The notes below the pieces were generated by a model. That model worked only from the letters and a program-made list of their open reading frames with translations, was not told where the DNA came from and made no database searches. From the NCBI GenBank assembly GCA_964016885.1, contig OZ024740.1, positions 338,830,001 through 338,894,000 on the forward strand: 64,000 nucleotides of DNA, in the 5' to 3' direction. The DNA is from Eledone cirrhosa (taxonomy: Eukaryota). Positions 14,101-27,350 of the stretch are shown piece by piece. How positions within the stretch are numbered: the stretch's first letter is position 1; every line of letters begins with the position of its first letter. Made by a program: the position numbers and the translations under genes.

Positions 14101-14349
14101 CTACAACTAAGATTTTTTACAAACCATCATCAATGGACCACTATCATTAACACCACCACTCCAACACTAAAACAACAAACGCTTCCAGGTCTAATACAAT
14201 GGTTACACCAGCAATAACTCCTATAACACAAAAAATACCAGCACTACAGACACTAGCACCACAAAGACACCGCTATCACCAACACCACAGAGACACTGCC
14301 ACCTCCACCCCACGACAATTCTCTTATCACTGCTCATAACGATCACGAG

Positions 14350-16230
14350 TAGCATCACCATCACCACAGACACCACAAACACCTCCAATACTATCACCAC
14401 CCACAATGCCCGTAAGCACCATCACCACCACTGCCATCACCACCACAACGACTACCAACACCACCAGTATCATTACCACAGATAGCAACACCCCAATCCC
14501 ACCACCATCACTACTGCCACCACCACCATCACCACCCACATCGACAACCACCACCACCGCCATCGCCACCACAACGACTACCAGCACCACCACCACCACT
14601 CACCAGCACCATCACCACCCACAAGGACTACCACCACCACCACCACCACTCACCAGCACCATCACCACCCACAAGGACTACCACCACCACCACCATCACT
14701 CACCAGCACCATCACCACCCACAAGGACTACCATCACCACCACCACCATCACCACCACCACCACCACCACACACCAGCACCATCACCACCCACAACGACC
14801 ACCACCACCGCCATCACCACCACAACGACTACCAGCAGCATCAGCAGCACCACCACCACCACTCACCAGCACCATCACCACCCACAATGACTACCATCAC
14901 CACCACCATCACCGCCACCACCACCACTCACCAGCACCATCACCACCCACAACGACCACCACCACCGCCATCACCACCACAACGATTACCAGCAGCAGCA
15001 GCACCACCACCACCACTCAGCAACATCACCACCACTACCACCACCACCACCACCACTCACCAGCACCATCACCACCCACAACGACCACCACCACCGCCAT
15101 CACCACCACAACGATTACCAGCAGCAGCAGCACCACCACCACCACTCACCAGCAACATCACCACCACCACCACCACCACCACCACCACCACCACCACCAC
15201 CACCACCACCACTCACCAGCACCATCACCACCGCCATCACCACCACAACGATTACCAGCAGCAGCAGCACCTCCACCACCACTCACCAGCAACATCACCA
15301 CCACCACCACCACCACCACCACCGCCACCACTCACCAGCACCATCACCACCCACAACGACCACCACCACCGCCATCACCACCACAACGATTACCAGCAGC
15401 AGCAGCACCTCCACCACCACTCACCAGCAACATCACCACCACCACCACCACCACCGCCACCACTCACCAGCACCATCACCACCCACAACGACCACCACCA
15501 CCGCCATCACCACCACAACGACTACCAGCAGCAGCAGCACCACCACCACCACAACCCACAATGACCACCAACACCACCGACACCACCAACACCACCAACA
15601 ACAACACCAACACCACCAATATCACCAACACCACCAACACCATCACCACCACCAACAACAACACCAACACCACTACCACCAACACCACCAATATCATCAC
15701 CACCAACAACAACACCAACACCACTACCGCCATCAACAACCACGGACACCAGCACCCCAACCTCACCTCCACCACAGACACTACTCTTACTACCACCACC
15801 ACCAAAACTACCACCACCACCACCACCATCACATCCTCCACAGACACCACCACCAACACTACCACCACCACCACCATCATACCCTCCAGACATCACTCTT
15901 ACTACCACCACCACCAACACTACCACCACCACCACCACCACCACCACCATCACATCCTCCACAGACACCACCACCAACACTACCACCACCACCACCATCA
16001 TACCCTCCAGACATCACTCTTACTACCACCACCACCAACACTACCACCACCACCACCACCACCACCACCACCATCACATCCTCCACAGACACCACTCTTA
16101 CTACCACCACCACCATCACCTCCTCCACAGACACCAGTCTTACTACCACCACCACCACCATCACATCCTCCACAGACACCACTCCTACTACCACCCCTAC
16201 TACTACTACCACCACCACCACAGATATACT
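14350..16230. repeat. (CAC/ACC/CAG)-rich low-complexity compound repeat with internal duplications
   Basis: Trinucleotide-derived sequence with repeated blocks such as CACCAGCACCATCACCACCCACAACGACC. Confidence 0.9.
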
Positions 16231-16620
16231 ACAGCTAGCTGACTCATCAAAGTTTGTGCCAACATCCCAGTTACCAATATTGATTACCTACAGCCTTCTG
16301 ATAACTGTAGCTTTTAAACGTTTACTTATTGCACTGTAAACACACACACAGTCCCACACATAAACACACTCACACACACACACACACACAAGCCCGCACA
16401 CACGAACACATGCCCACAAAGACAGACTAGCATTCAAACATATATATATATGCATACATACATTAATTCTCACCCATACACACACACTCAAATATTGAAT
16501 GCGTTTTTATGTTGTATATGTGTGTGTATGTGTAGTATGCATATGTGTATTTTTAGTATATATATATTAATATATATATAAGTATATATATAAGTATATA
16601 TATATAAATATATATATAAG

Positions 16621-16669
<49 letters not shown>

Positions 16670-17283
16670 ATATATATATATATACAATGTATGTATAGTA
16701 TGTGTATATATATATGTGTATTTATGGTATATATATATATATATATATACATACTATACATACATTATATATATATATACATACACACACACACGCATAT
16801 ATATATATAGTATGTATATATATGTATATAAATGTATATATATGTGTATATGTGGTGTGTGTATATATATACGACTGGTGATGATGCCTACAGACGGGCA
16901 TAAAGTGCAGTCTTAACTGCTTTCTGCGAGAATGTATAGAAAACAGCAACACACTCACACACCCCTATATACAACCTCCCACAAACCCACATACATACAT
17001 CAGGCACATACATACACACACATCACACATCAGAAACACTACACATCACACATCATACACTCAGACACATCTGTGGAACACTCAACGTTAATTCCCAAGT
17101 TTGACGTTTATCGAACTGCTGAATACTTATCCTCCAAACCGACGGAGGATCTATCATATCCGTTTAAGGTGAAACAAATTGTTCTCGGAAATGGTGTATT
17201 AACTGTCTACAAAACTCGTCCCATGGACTGAATGCTCTACTACTGCGAATATAACCCGCCAGTGTTCTACAGTGTTCTACCAC

Positions 17284-17385
<102 letters not shown>

Positions 17386-18074
17386 TGTGTGTGTGTGTGT
17401 GTGCGCGCGCGCGCGCGCGCGTGTGTGTGTGTGTGAATTTTCAGGAACTAAACCATTTTTGTTATATATTTTTGCTTTAGCCTGATCATGCATTAACCTC
17501 GCTTTGCTTGTGTTTGGCTTGTATTTATGTGGTGCCTGTCTATATACAGGTTTAGCACCCATGGTCCACATAATTCCGTAACCTACTTGTATACCTTGGT
17601 TATGTATACTATAGGGAGGAATAAAATCCCATTTGGGCTTTCTAAAGATACCTAGGGAGCCTTTTAGTATTTCTATAACTTTAAGTTATGGAGAGCTAAA
17701 TCACCTGTTATATATAGTGACCAACGCATAGCTTCCTCTGTTTTTTGTATGCTTTAAAACTTTTTCCTTTTTCTTTTTTAATTTTTTCTTTTTTTTATCT
17801 CTTTATATTATTATTTTCCTTTTACTTTTTATTATATGTTTTAACTATTGTTTATATTTTTTTGTATTTATGTGCCCTCACGTTCTTCTGCATCTTGTGA
17901 AAATATCTGCCTGTACCATTGCATTTAGCTGTAGTGCTAAATAACAACCCCACTATGCACTCTCTCCATACTCGCCATCACGATCTCCCTCTTGTTGCCG
18001 TCTATTGTATTTCTAATGTTCATGTGACTAAGCTCGGTCGAGCTTATGCTCAGCACTGTATTGTTGTTTATAAA

Positions 18075-18119
18075 GCTCTGATGATTCCTACCCAATGGTA
18101 TGGATGAAACATTGTCAGC
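18075..18119 (+). ncRNA. Type I hammerhead ribozyme motif
   Basis: GCT-CTGATGA-TTCCTACC-CAAT-GGTATGGAT-GAA-ACATTGT-C-AGC: canonical core, GUC site, followed by AATAAA and (TA)n. Confidence 0.75.
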
Positions 18120-18610
18120 AAATAAAAATTGTATGAGTATGTAGGCGTTCTTTGATTTCTTTTACATATATATATATATATATACAATGATATTAAATAA
18201 ATGGAAACTATATTTATAAAACCATATTTATTCAATCAAAAAAGTTTCAAGCACGGGCCTCGCTTGATACGTGACATTTTTTGCGATACATTTTATTGAT
18301 GGCCATAGGCAAGTCCCTATCAGGATTAAAAGCCACGTCTCTGATGCTCATACTTAAGTATCCAACGATGGCATTACTCGAAATCGAGTTGCAGCCATCA
18401 TGTATGTATGTGCGGTACGTATGTATGTATGGGTGCATGTGTGTTGAATAAATCGGGTAAAGAATCACTGATGACGTTTAAACTGATACTTGCGCCATAC
18501 AAGAGGTATGTCGTTCGATTTCTGCAGGTGTTTTAGTTTTTCTCCGTTTGCAGGAGTAACATATCCAAATTATACATATAAATGTTAGTTATCAAGTATT
18601 ATTATAGTTA

Positions 18611-18985
18611 GGGTGGATTGGCAGCATCGGTAGAGGGTCGGACGCCATGCTTTGACGCATAGAGTTACGGTCCTTGCCATTCTGAGTTCAATTCCCGCCG
18701 AGGTTAACTTTGCCTTTCATCCTTACGGGGTCGATAAAATATAGTACCATTAATGCACTCGGTAATTGCTGGCCTTGTGCCAAAAGTAGAAACAATTATT
18801 ATAGTTAGGGTGGTGAATTGGCAGTAGCGGTAGAGGGTCGGACGCCATGCCTTCCAGCATAGAGTTACGCCCCTTTATGGTCTGAGTTCAAATCCCGCCT
18901 TTCATCCTTACGGGGTCGATAAAGTAAAGTACCAGTAATGCACTGGGATAATTACTGGCCTTGTGCCAATAGTAGAAACAATTAT
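18611..18985 (+). mobile_element. Two tandem tRNA-derived SINEs (Meta-domain-like body)
   Basis: A box TGGCAGCATCGG, B box GAGTTCAA(T/A)TCC, body GCCTTTCATCCTTACGGGGTCGATAAA, tail GGCCTTGTGCCAA-AGTAGAAAC. Confidence 0.85.
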
Positions 18986-19289
18986 AGTTTGGTAAATATA
19001 GACAAATTTTGACGTAGAATATTAGGTGAAAACATGCGCTTTATACGCCGAGAAATACGGAATGTATGTATGTATGTTCTTCTGTTTTATAATTTCACAA
19101 ATTTTTACCAATAGAGAGAGTGAGTCGGTTTCAAACATAGATACAAGACTCTCTCATTGGAATTTACATAACATCAACTAGGTAGAAATGTATGCATTTC
19201 TGCATGCATGTATGATGTTTTGTGTTATATGTGTGCATGTGTGCTTTGTATCTGTACATGTGTACATGGAGATATTAGATGCAGAATTT

Positions 19290-20407
19290 TTGGAATGTTT
19301 AGCATATTTTTAGTGTTCCATTATTGGATTGCACTTATAATTTCCTAACTAGTCATGTTCTTTCTGTTTCTGTGAAGTCCAGCTTCTCAAGATTTGTACT
19401 GAGGCAGTTACTAACATATCGCAGTGCCCCAATAATCCCAGGAATAAATCTGAAGGTATAATTCTCCTTTTCGCTAATCTTTAATATTATATCGGCATCT
19501 GCTTTGTATGCCTTCTTTTCCCTGTCCCATATCATTATATCTGGTATGTTCTGCTTGCATTTTATTGTTTTTTTTACTGGAACATTCCACCAGTACTCTT
19601 TCATTTCATATATGTGTATGTCATCCACATTGCTGTAGCTTTTAATGTGTTTATTGTCGGGGCTATCTTTTCTACGGATTTCATTGTACAGTGTCTTGGC
19701 TCGTGGATAAATAGTACCGTGATGACAGCTTTGGGCAGCTGCTTATGACATGGTTGACATCTTCGATGTTAATTTTGCAGAGCTTGCACTTGTCATATCT
19801 AGGTGTTTTGCCTGCATCCCTATCTATTTGTGAATCAGGTATTTTTTGTTGATTTCCTGTTCTTGGATTGGAAAAGCATATCCTTCAAAGTGGAAGCCAA
19901 TATAGCGGTTGTTGATTCAAGATACACTGCTTTGCTTATCTATATTACTCTATTCTGGAGCTTGCTAGCAACATATCCATGCATGATTTTTTTGCTGATA
20001 TGAATGCAGTTTTTCATCCATTGATTTGCTGCGGTATTTCCCTGAGTGTGAGTTTTTGACTATCATGCAGGGAGTATCTTTCAAGGAGTTCCTTCCCAAC
20101 TCTCGTGGTCTTATCTGTCTCTGCAGACAGACTTGCACAATAGATGAACTCCTACACTTCGAGGTTCGTAACTGTTGTCGGAGGCATATGATGCGACACT
20201 CAAATGCTGTCTGGACTGATGTTAGGCCTCTTCTTCCCTGCTTACGTTTCAAGTAGAGGCGGTCTATGTCACTGTTGATGTGGAAGTTTCCGGTGTTATT
20301 TAAAATGTTTCGACTGTTAACATCAATTGCTCGGATTTCATCTATCGGCCAATAGAGTATTCCAAACGTTGGTGCTAGGACAGGCACAGCAAACACGTTG
20401 TGAGCCA
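19290..20407 (-). mobile_element. Decayed R4/Dong-like RLE LINE, 3' half
   Basis: DIDRLYLKRKQGRRGL (thumb motif RLYxxRxxGGRGL), CKLCKINIEDVNHVISSC (CCHC knuckle), and YWWNVPV...NIPDIMIWDREKK (PD-D/ExK nuclease). Confidence 0.8.
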
Positions 20408-20489
20408 ATGTATGCATGTATGTATGTATGTATGTATGTATGTATGTATGTATGTATGTATGTATGTATGTATGTATGTATGTATGTAT

Positions 20490-20822
20490 GCTGGTTTGCC
20501 CGCACTGTGGTCGAGTCTGCCTGAGCAAAGCTGGTTTGACTAGTCATGAACAAAGTCATATCATTAGACCTCATGTAAATTATGATCTGAAAAGGTGTAA
20601 GGAATGTGCAAGGAATGTGCTAGCATGGGAGGTCTTAAAAGACATGAGAATACACAGCCAGAACAAAGCAATGGAAAGTCACAGAGGAGCCTACAGTACC
20701 CATGTATGTGCCAGAGGGTGCAAGTCTTTGGCTGGTTTAAAGAACCACATCCGTGCCTGACATTTTTGAGCATTTTATCGGGCGATGGCAATGCTGGAAA
20801 ACGAGTTTTCAACCATCATGTA
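20490..20822 (+). mobile_element. 5'-truncated RTE 3' end carrying the C2H2 finger tail
   Basis: CPHCGRVCLSKAGLTSH, CKECASMGGLKRH and CARGCKSLAGLKNHIR are homologous to 30610-30900; ends in the shared 3' motif plus TATG. Confidence 0.8.
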
Positions 20823-21089
20823 TATATGCATGTCTGTATATATGTATGTATATATGCATGTAATGTATGTATGTATGATGCATGCATGTACGTATGGATG
20901 AAGGTATATATAACTGGATGCACGCTTACATGTATGCATACGTGTATGCATCCATGCTAATGCATACATTTTATTATGCATGCATGTCTGTATCATTGTA
21001 TGTATGCATGTATGTATAATTGTATGTATGCAAATATGTATGAGTGCAAATTTGTATGCATGCATGTATATATATATATATATACATAT

Positions 21090-21168
<79 letters not shown>

Positions 21169-21194
21169 CACATATACATATATATATATGAATG

Positions 21195-21316
<122 letters not shown>

Positions 21317-21730
21317 CATCCATGTACGCACATAGGCCTTTCCGCCATGAGTACAAGGCATGCAAGTCATGCTTAAGATATATAAATGAATGCAAATAAC
21401 CAATCGGTTTTTGATATTATTTTCATGAGAGTCAGCTGGAAAGAGAGTAAATAAATTCCATATGAACCCTTCTTCAATTATATGGTTTTGATTTTTAAAA
21501 TGGCATGTTCCAGCTTAACTATCAGGAATCACCTCCGTGTTTTGCCTGTGTGTATGAATGTGAATATGTATGAATGTGCATATGATGTGCTATATATATA
21601 TAAATATATATACACACACTGACACACAGACACACACACATACACGCACACACGCACATATATGTATATATATATATATGATGCATGTATGTATGTGTAT
21701 ATGAATATATGAATGTACATATGATATGTG

Positions 21731-21794
<64 letters not shown>

Positions 21795-22436
21795 ATATAT
21801 ATATATATATATTCATTTATTTGTATGTCTGTGTGCATATGACATGTAATGCATGTACATATACCTCTGTCTATGACGTGTGCTGTGTGTGGACATTGTG
21901 CGCATGTCTGTGTGTATTTAATATACATAAGCTTCTTATTTATAGCTGCATCCACCGCAGCCTGTGAATGCATGCAATGCAATGATATTCTGAATAACAT
22001 GCAATCTGCTGATTCCACAGCAACCACTACACTAACTCCCCGATTGTCACAATTTTGTGGACAATTCACTTGTTGATTACTCATAGCTTTAAATATTATC
22101 AAGCCTCCTCTATCTACTTACCTACCTACCAACTTACCTACATGTCTACATAAATATATACATATATACATTCATACAAATATACATATATACAAACGTA
22201 CATACATATGTACATATATTCATACATATATATGTACATACATTCATACATACATATGTACGTGTATATATACAATCATACATATGCATACATGCATACA
22301 TATGTACGTGCATACATACACACATGCATTCATACATAGATACATGCATACATACATACATACATACATACATACATACATACATACATACATACATACA
22401 TACATGTATGTGTACATACATGCACGCATACATACA

Positions 22437-22955
22437 TGGTGATGGCTGCCCCCTCGTTATCGAGTATGGTCATTGCATGATATACCATTATTAATAATTA
22501 TTAATTAATTCTAAGGCGGTGGATTGGCAGTATCGGTAGAGGGTCGGACGCCATGCTTTGAAGCATAGAGTTACCTCCCTGTATGATCTGAGTTCAAATC
22601 CCGCCGAGGTTAACTTTGCCTTTCATCCTTTCGGGGTCGATAAAATAAAGTACCAGTAATGCACTGGGTAATTGCTGGCCTTGTGCCAAAAGTAGAAACA
22701 ATTAATTAATTCTATTGTGCAATGCTTGTGCGTGAAGATATTTTTTAAAGTGAGGAAAGACTGTGCACTGAGCCAATCCCACTCTCTGAGCGACAGTAGC
22801 TATAACCCGAAAAGAAGAAAAGATCAACATCATCGATAACTACTGAGCCGCAAGTTTTATATCGGTGATATCTCAGTTTCCTGAGTTGCCTTCTCCTAGA
22901 AGTATGCCCTGAGAAAGGCTATGGGTTCTTCATTCCCAGTGGCTTAACCGCGCGG
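22437..22955 (-). mobile_element. Non-autonomous bipartite RTE derivative (5'UTR + 3' tail) interrupted by a SINE
   Basis: 22715-22955 is the reverse complement of the RTE 5'UTR (~27050-27285), and 22437-22482 is the reverse complement of the RTE 3' motif (31212-31255). Confidence 0.85.
22514..22700 (+). mobile_element. tRNA SINE with 14-bp TSD
   Basis: Same family as 18611; TSD ATTAATTAATTCTA at 22500-22513 and 22701-22714. Confidence 0.9.
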
Positions 22956-23241
22956 TTCATGTGTATATACATATTTACACACTTTTGGATGGCCGTTGAT
23001 TCTTATGAGTTCTTCCGCCCTATACATACATAGAAGCCTTCCTACCTATATACATACATATGTACATACATGCATACATACAAACGTATGTAAATGCATA
23101 TAAGTTTACATATGTATATGCAGACAAGCATACACATACGTGCATACATAAATACATAATACATAGTTGTACAGAGGATAAAAGGAAATAAAGACTTTTA
23201 ACTGTTGATGGGCGTTATTTATACACGGTGTATCTTGTACA

Positions 23242-23417
23242 ATTTAAACCTGGTGGAGCTCATCCCTCTTGGTCTGAACACTCACTGCCAATATCTTCCA
23301 GAACTAGTTGGTACCTTATTTATCCAGTTCTGTACAGATCTCGCATTTTCTCTCCTTTCTGGAGGAAATCGGCTGTGTTCAGACCCACGGAAATATAGGC
23401 CCCCACCAGGTTTAAAC
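23242..23417. mobile_element. MITE-like element with imperfect ~40-bp TIRs
   Basis: TTTAAACCTGGTGG...TCTGAACAC / GTGTTCAGA...CCACCAGGTTTAAA; a related right end lies at ~7989-8029. Confidence 0.55.
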
Positions 23418-23604
23418 TTTTAGCATTTACATTACTCTATAGTTATTATTGTATTTTAATGGTAAAATAATATCGAATCTATGAGATTTTGATATTATTT
23501 ATTTTGAGAACAATACTTTAACATCAGTATGAGTGGACGGTTACGGCCGGTTTGGACAGAAAAAAGTGAGAGAATTCTGGCCGGTTTAAATGCTAAAGTG
23601 TTAA
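23413..23604. mobile_element. TTAA-flanked (piggyBac-type) MITE remnant
   Basis: TTAAACTTTTAGCATTTA ... TAAATGCTAAAGTGTTAA inverted termini. Confidence 0.5.
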
Positions 23605-25040
23605 AATGCACAAGGCATGGTGTTAGACAGGATGGTACCTCATGACTCCATTAGAACCTTATGAACCTTTCCTCCGCGCCCCCTCATTTCTTTATTTGCA
23701 TAACTATTTAATCCTTAAACTTAAGAACATCTTGCAGATTTTTTTTATTGTTTCATGTGTAGCTTATAAATACAGGGTGGATAAGTGGTTAAAATGTTCC
23801 TTTCGCAATCGTTTAAATTACGTTAAGCGTACACAAATCTGTGGAATACTTATCCACTTAAATGTTAATTCATTGAAAGGTGATTTTAGATGATCAAACA
23901 ACTGAACGATCATTCTCAAAACCGATGAAAGATCCATCATTAATTATATAACTATGTGTTTTATTTTAAAACATAGTTAAAGACCAGTCATATTTTGATC
24001 CATGCAGGATAGTACATTTCTTGCTATCCCAGATAATATTGAGTATAGAGTTGAAAGTGTGTTTTGGGTGTGTATGGACTCGTAATCTTTGATAGAGTCG
24101 TTTGAGCCCCATCATGACATGCAGCGTGTCTTGGGCACTTGGTGGTGGTGGTGGTGGAGGAGGAGGAGGAGGAGGAGGAGGAGGAGGAGTAGATGGTGGT
24201 GGTGGAGGAGGAGTTCAGAAATTGATGTAGAGGAAGAACTGATTTCTGCAACTGAACTGGTAGCTTTTTTATCGACCTCAAAAAGATGAAAAGCGAAGTT
24301 GACTTCGGCGAAATTCGAACTGAGAGGGCACATACACTCCAAACAAATACCGTAAAGCATTCCATCCGAAGTTCTAGTGACTGACAAATTGCCAGTGCGT
24401 TGGGTATTTACTTTTAGACTTCTCAGTAATCTATAGATATCTTCATATTTCTATATTTTGTTTTAATCCTATTGACGTCATGTGGACATATACTGTTCAG
24501 TACAAATAGTTTTATTTTGTGATCACAAACAACGATATCAGGCCAGTTGTGCTTTAATTTGATTGCTATTTTTATGTTTACGTTCCACCGATATTCTTTC
24601 CGTCAGTCCATCTTGATTTATTCGTCTTTATTGGTTGTTGTTGTTATTGTTTTTGTTGTAGCTGTTATCTTATTCATTAATTTATTCAAGATAATACTGG
24701 TTACTACATTGTGCATCAGGGCCAGATAGTATCTCCAGAACGTTCTCTCACACTTGGCAATGATATAATTAATATTCTTAGTCTTGGTTTTATACAGCCT
24801 ACATTTCTTGCCAATACATGCCTTGTCTATTGTGCAGAACGTACTTAGTAAGGATTTCTGGTTCCAGGATTACATATACATGCATGATTCACTTTGAGAT
24901 TTATTTAAGCCCTTCGCAGAATCCAAGCGGGTCACTAACAAGGTGACAGGCCTATTTCGTTTGAGTCAAGATATTTCCAGGTATTTGTAAATGAATTAGT
25001 ATGTGCGTAAAGACATACACGCGCGCGCACACACACACAC

Positions 25041-25145
<105 letters not shown>

Positions 25146-25214
25146 GTATACATTGTTTGTGTGTTTGTATGTATGGATTTATTTACACTCATGTTATGTA
25201 TGTAAGTATGTATG

Positions 25215-25975
25215 TCTAAGCCTGTGGTCACAGTCAGATATCAGTGTGCGCAGAAACGTTGAAATGTATCAAGCATGTGTGCTTGTTGTATGGATGTGAA
25301 ATATGAACAACATACAGCGCCAAGCATGAAGACCATGATTGTGAAACAACTTCTCCGGTGGTCAGGTCACATAGAGGATATCAGACCCCGAAAAGAAGTT
25401 TTGTATACAGAACTGATGTAAGGCAAAGACGTGCAATGCAAGCCACACAAACACTATAAAGACTGCTTAAAGGATACTCTGAATAAAGTCAATATCAACA
25501 CGGAAACATGAGAAATTTTTACGAAATCTGATTGCTACCGGTGTTGAGGAATTTGGAAAGAAGCAGAGGGCCTATGCTACAGTAAAGCGAGCACCCAAGT
25601 ATGTAGGGAATGTTAATTCGTTCCCAGAATGGGGCTCGAAAGTGTATTTTACCTATGAGGGATGCAGATAGGTACTCATATCGAAGGCTGGGCTACTAAG
25701 TCATCGCTGACGTTATATTCACGGAAATGATACCTTTGAGTACCCCATACACCTACAGTTTACATGTGGCATATGTCACTCAGCATGGGGGCTAACAAAC
25801 TAAAGCAGGCGAGAAACGTACCTGCACACTGTGTAGTATAACATGTAAGTCACTTTCTGGTTTAATGGACCATATAAAGCGACATCAATGACAGCAACAT
25901 TAACAACACGTGTTTGCCAAAGACTGTTTTTCTAACAAGAGGTCGTACTAGAACACGAGTTGGCTTCCATTATGT
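25215..25975 (+). mobile_element. Old decayed RTE 3' fragment including ZnF tail
   Basis: Remnants MYQACVL, KQLLRWSGH and ISKAGLLSH; ends with the shared 3' motif plus (TATG)n. Confidence 0.7.
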
Positions 25976-25984
25976 ATGTATGTA

Positions 25985-26170
25985 TGGTGGATTGGCAGTA
26001 TCGGTAGAGGATCGGACGCCATGCTTTAACGCATAGAGTTACGGCCCTTGCCATTCTGAGTTCAAATCCCGCCAAGGTTAACTTTGCCTTTCACCCTTAC
26101 GGGGTCGATAAAATCAAGTACCAGTAATGTACTGGGTAATTGCTGGCCTTGTGCCAATAGTAGAAACAAT
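25985..26170 (+). mobile_element. tRNA SINE inside a (TATG)n array
   Basis: Full A box, B box, body and tail of the 18611 family. Confidence 0.88.
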
Positions 26171-26604
26171 TATGTTTGTATGTATGTATGTATGTATGTA
26201 TGTATGTATGTATTATGTATGTATGTATGTATGTATGTATGTATGTATGTATGTATGTATGTATGTATGTATGTGTATATATATATATATATATATGTAT
26301 ATGTGTGTATATACATCACTCAGTCAAACGACCAGATTTCAACCCCAACATCTACAACAACAACACCGGCACTAATGTTTACAGCAAAAACAGCTTCAGA
26401 ATGAACTGAAATAAACATTTACAACAACAACAACAGCAGCATCAAAAGATTAAAAAAAAACAAAAAAAAAACTCAAAATAACAAAACACACACACACACA
26501 CGCAGACAACACAACAACAACATCAACTGCCACCACCACCACTACCTCCGCCGCCATCACCATCACCAGCGACCGGGCCTTAAGAAAACAACTTTAATAA
26601 TAAT

Positions 26605-26752
26605 TTGTTTGCTTTTGGCACGGATCCAGCGTCTCGCCCAGCGCATCACTGGTACTCTCTTTTGTTGACTCCGTGGGGATGAAAGGCAAGGTTGAGCTCG
26701 GCGGGATTTGAGCTCAGAGCGTGGAGGGCCGTGACTCTATGCTGTAAAGCAA
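26605..26752 (-). mobile_element. Diverged tRNA SINE copy
   Basis: GGATGAAAGGCAAGGTTGAGCTCGGCGGGATTTGAGCTCAG is the reverse complement of the SINE body and B box. Confidence 0.7.
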
Positions 26753-27014
26753 TTATAATAATACTGGACTGTAGTACGATCGGCTTCAACTATACAAACT
26801 CTTGAAAGTCAACAGTTGACATAATCTTGTAATCTTGTATCAGTAATGACGGTAATATATATATATGTGTGTGTGTGCGTGTAAGTGAGTAGAGTAGCGT
26901 GTCTGTGTTTGTTTGTATGTATGAGTGTTGCTGTGTGCGCGCATATGTATGCGCGTGTGTGTATGTCGTACGTATAAGTGTCAATAAGTGATTTTTTTTT
27001 TTTTTTTGCGCGCG

Positions 27015-27314
27015 GGGACATAGAAATAATCGGGCTGGATGCCCGATCGCGCAGTTAAACCACTGGGAGTGAAGAACCCCTAGCCCTTGTCAGGGCATTC
27101 TTCTAGGAGAAGGCATCTCAGGAAACTGGGTTAACTCCGACATAAAACCTGCGGCTCAGTAGTTACCGATGATGTTGATCTTTTCTTCTTTTCGGGTTAT
27201 AGCTACTGTCGCACAGAGAATGGGATTGGCTCAGTGCACAGTCTTTCCTCACTTTAAAAATATTCGTCACGCACAGGCATTGCACGAGTGCATTAATAAT
27301 TATTAATAGTGTAC

Positions 27315-27350
<36 letters not shown>

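Noticed and set aside
14406-16238. 610-aa Thr/His/Pro-rich ORF
   Set aside because: Open only because CAC/ACC repeats rarely form stops. Overlapping frames give the same peptide blocks, and there is no domain or gene context.
18611-18700. tRNA genes
   Set aside because: A and B boxes belong to multi-copy SINE heads; no cloverleaf and no acceptor stem.
21945-22076. Possible exon AASTAACECMQC...
   Set aside because: Acceptor-like site present, but the frame ends in a stop with no recognisable homology.
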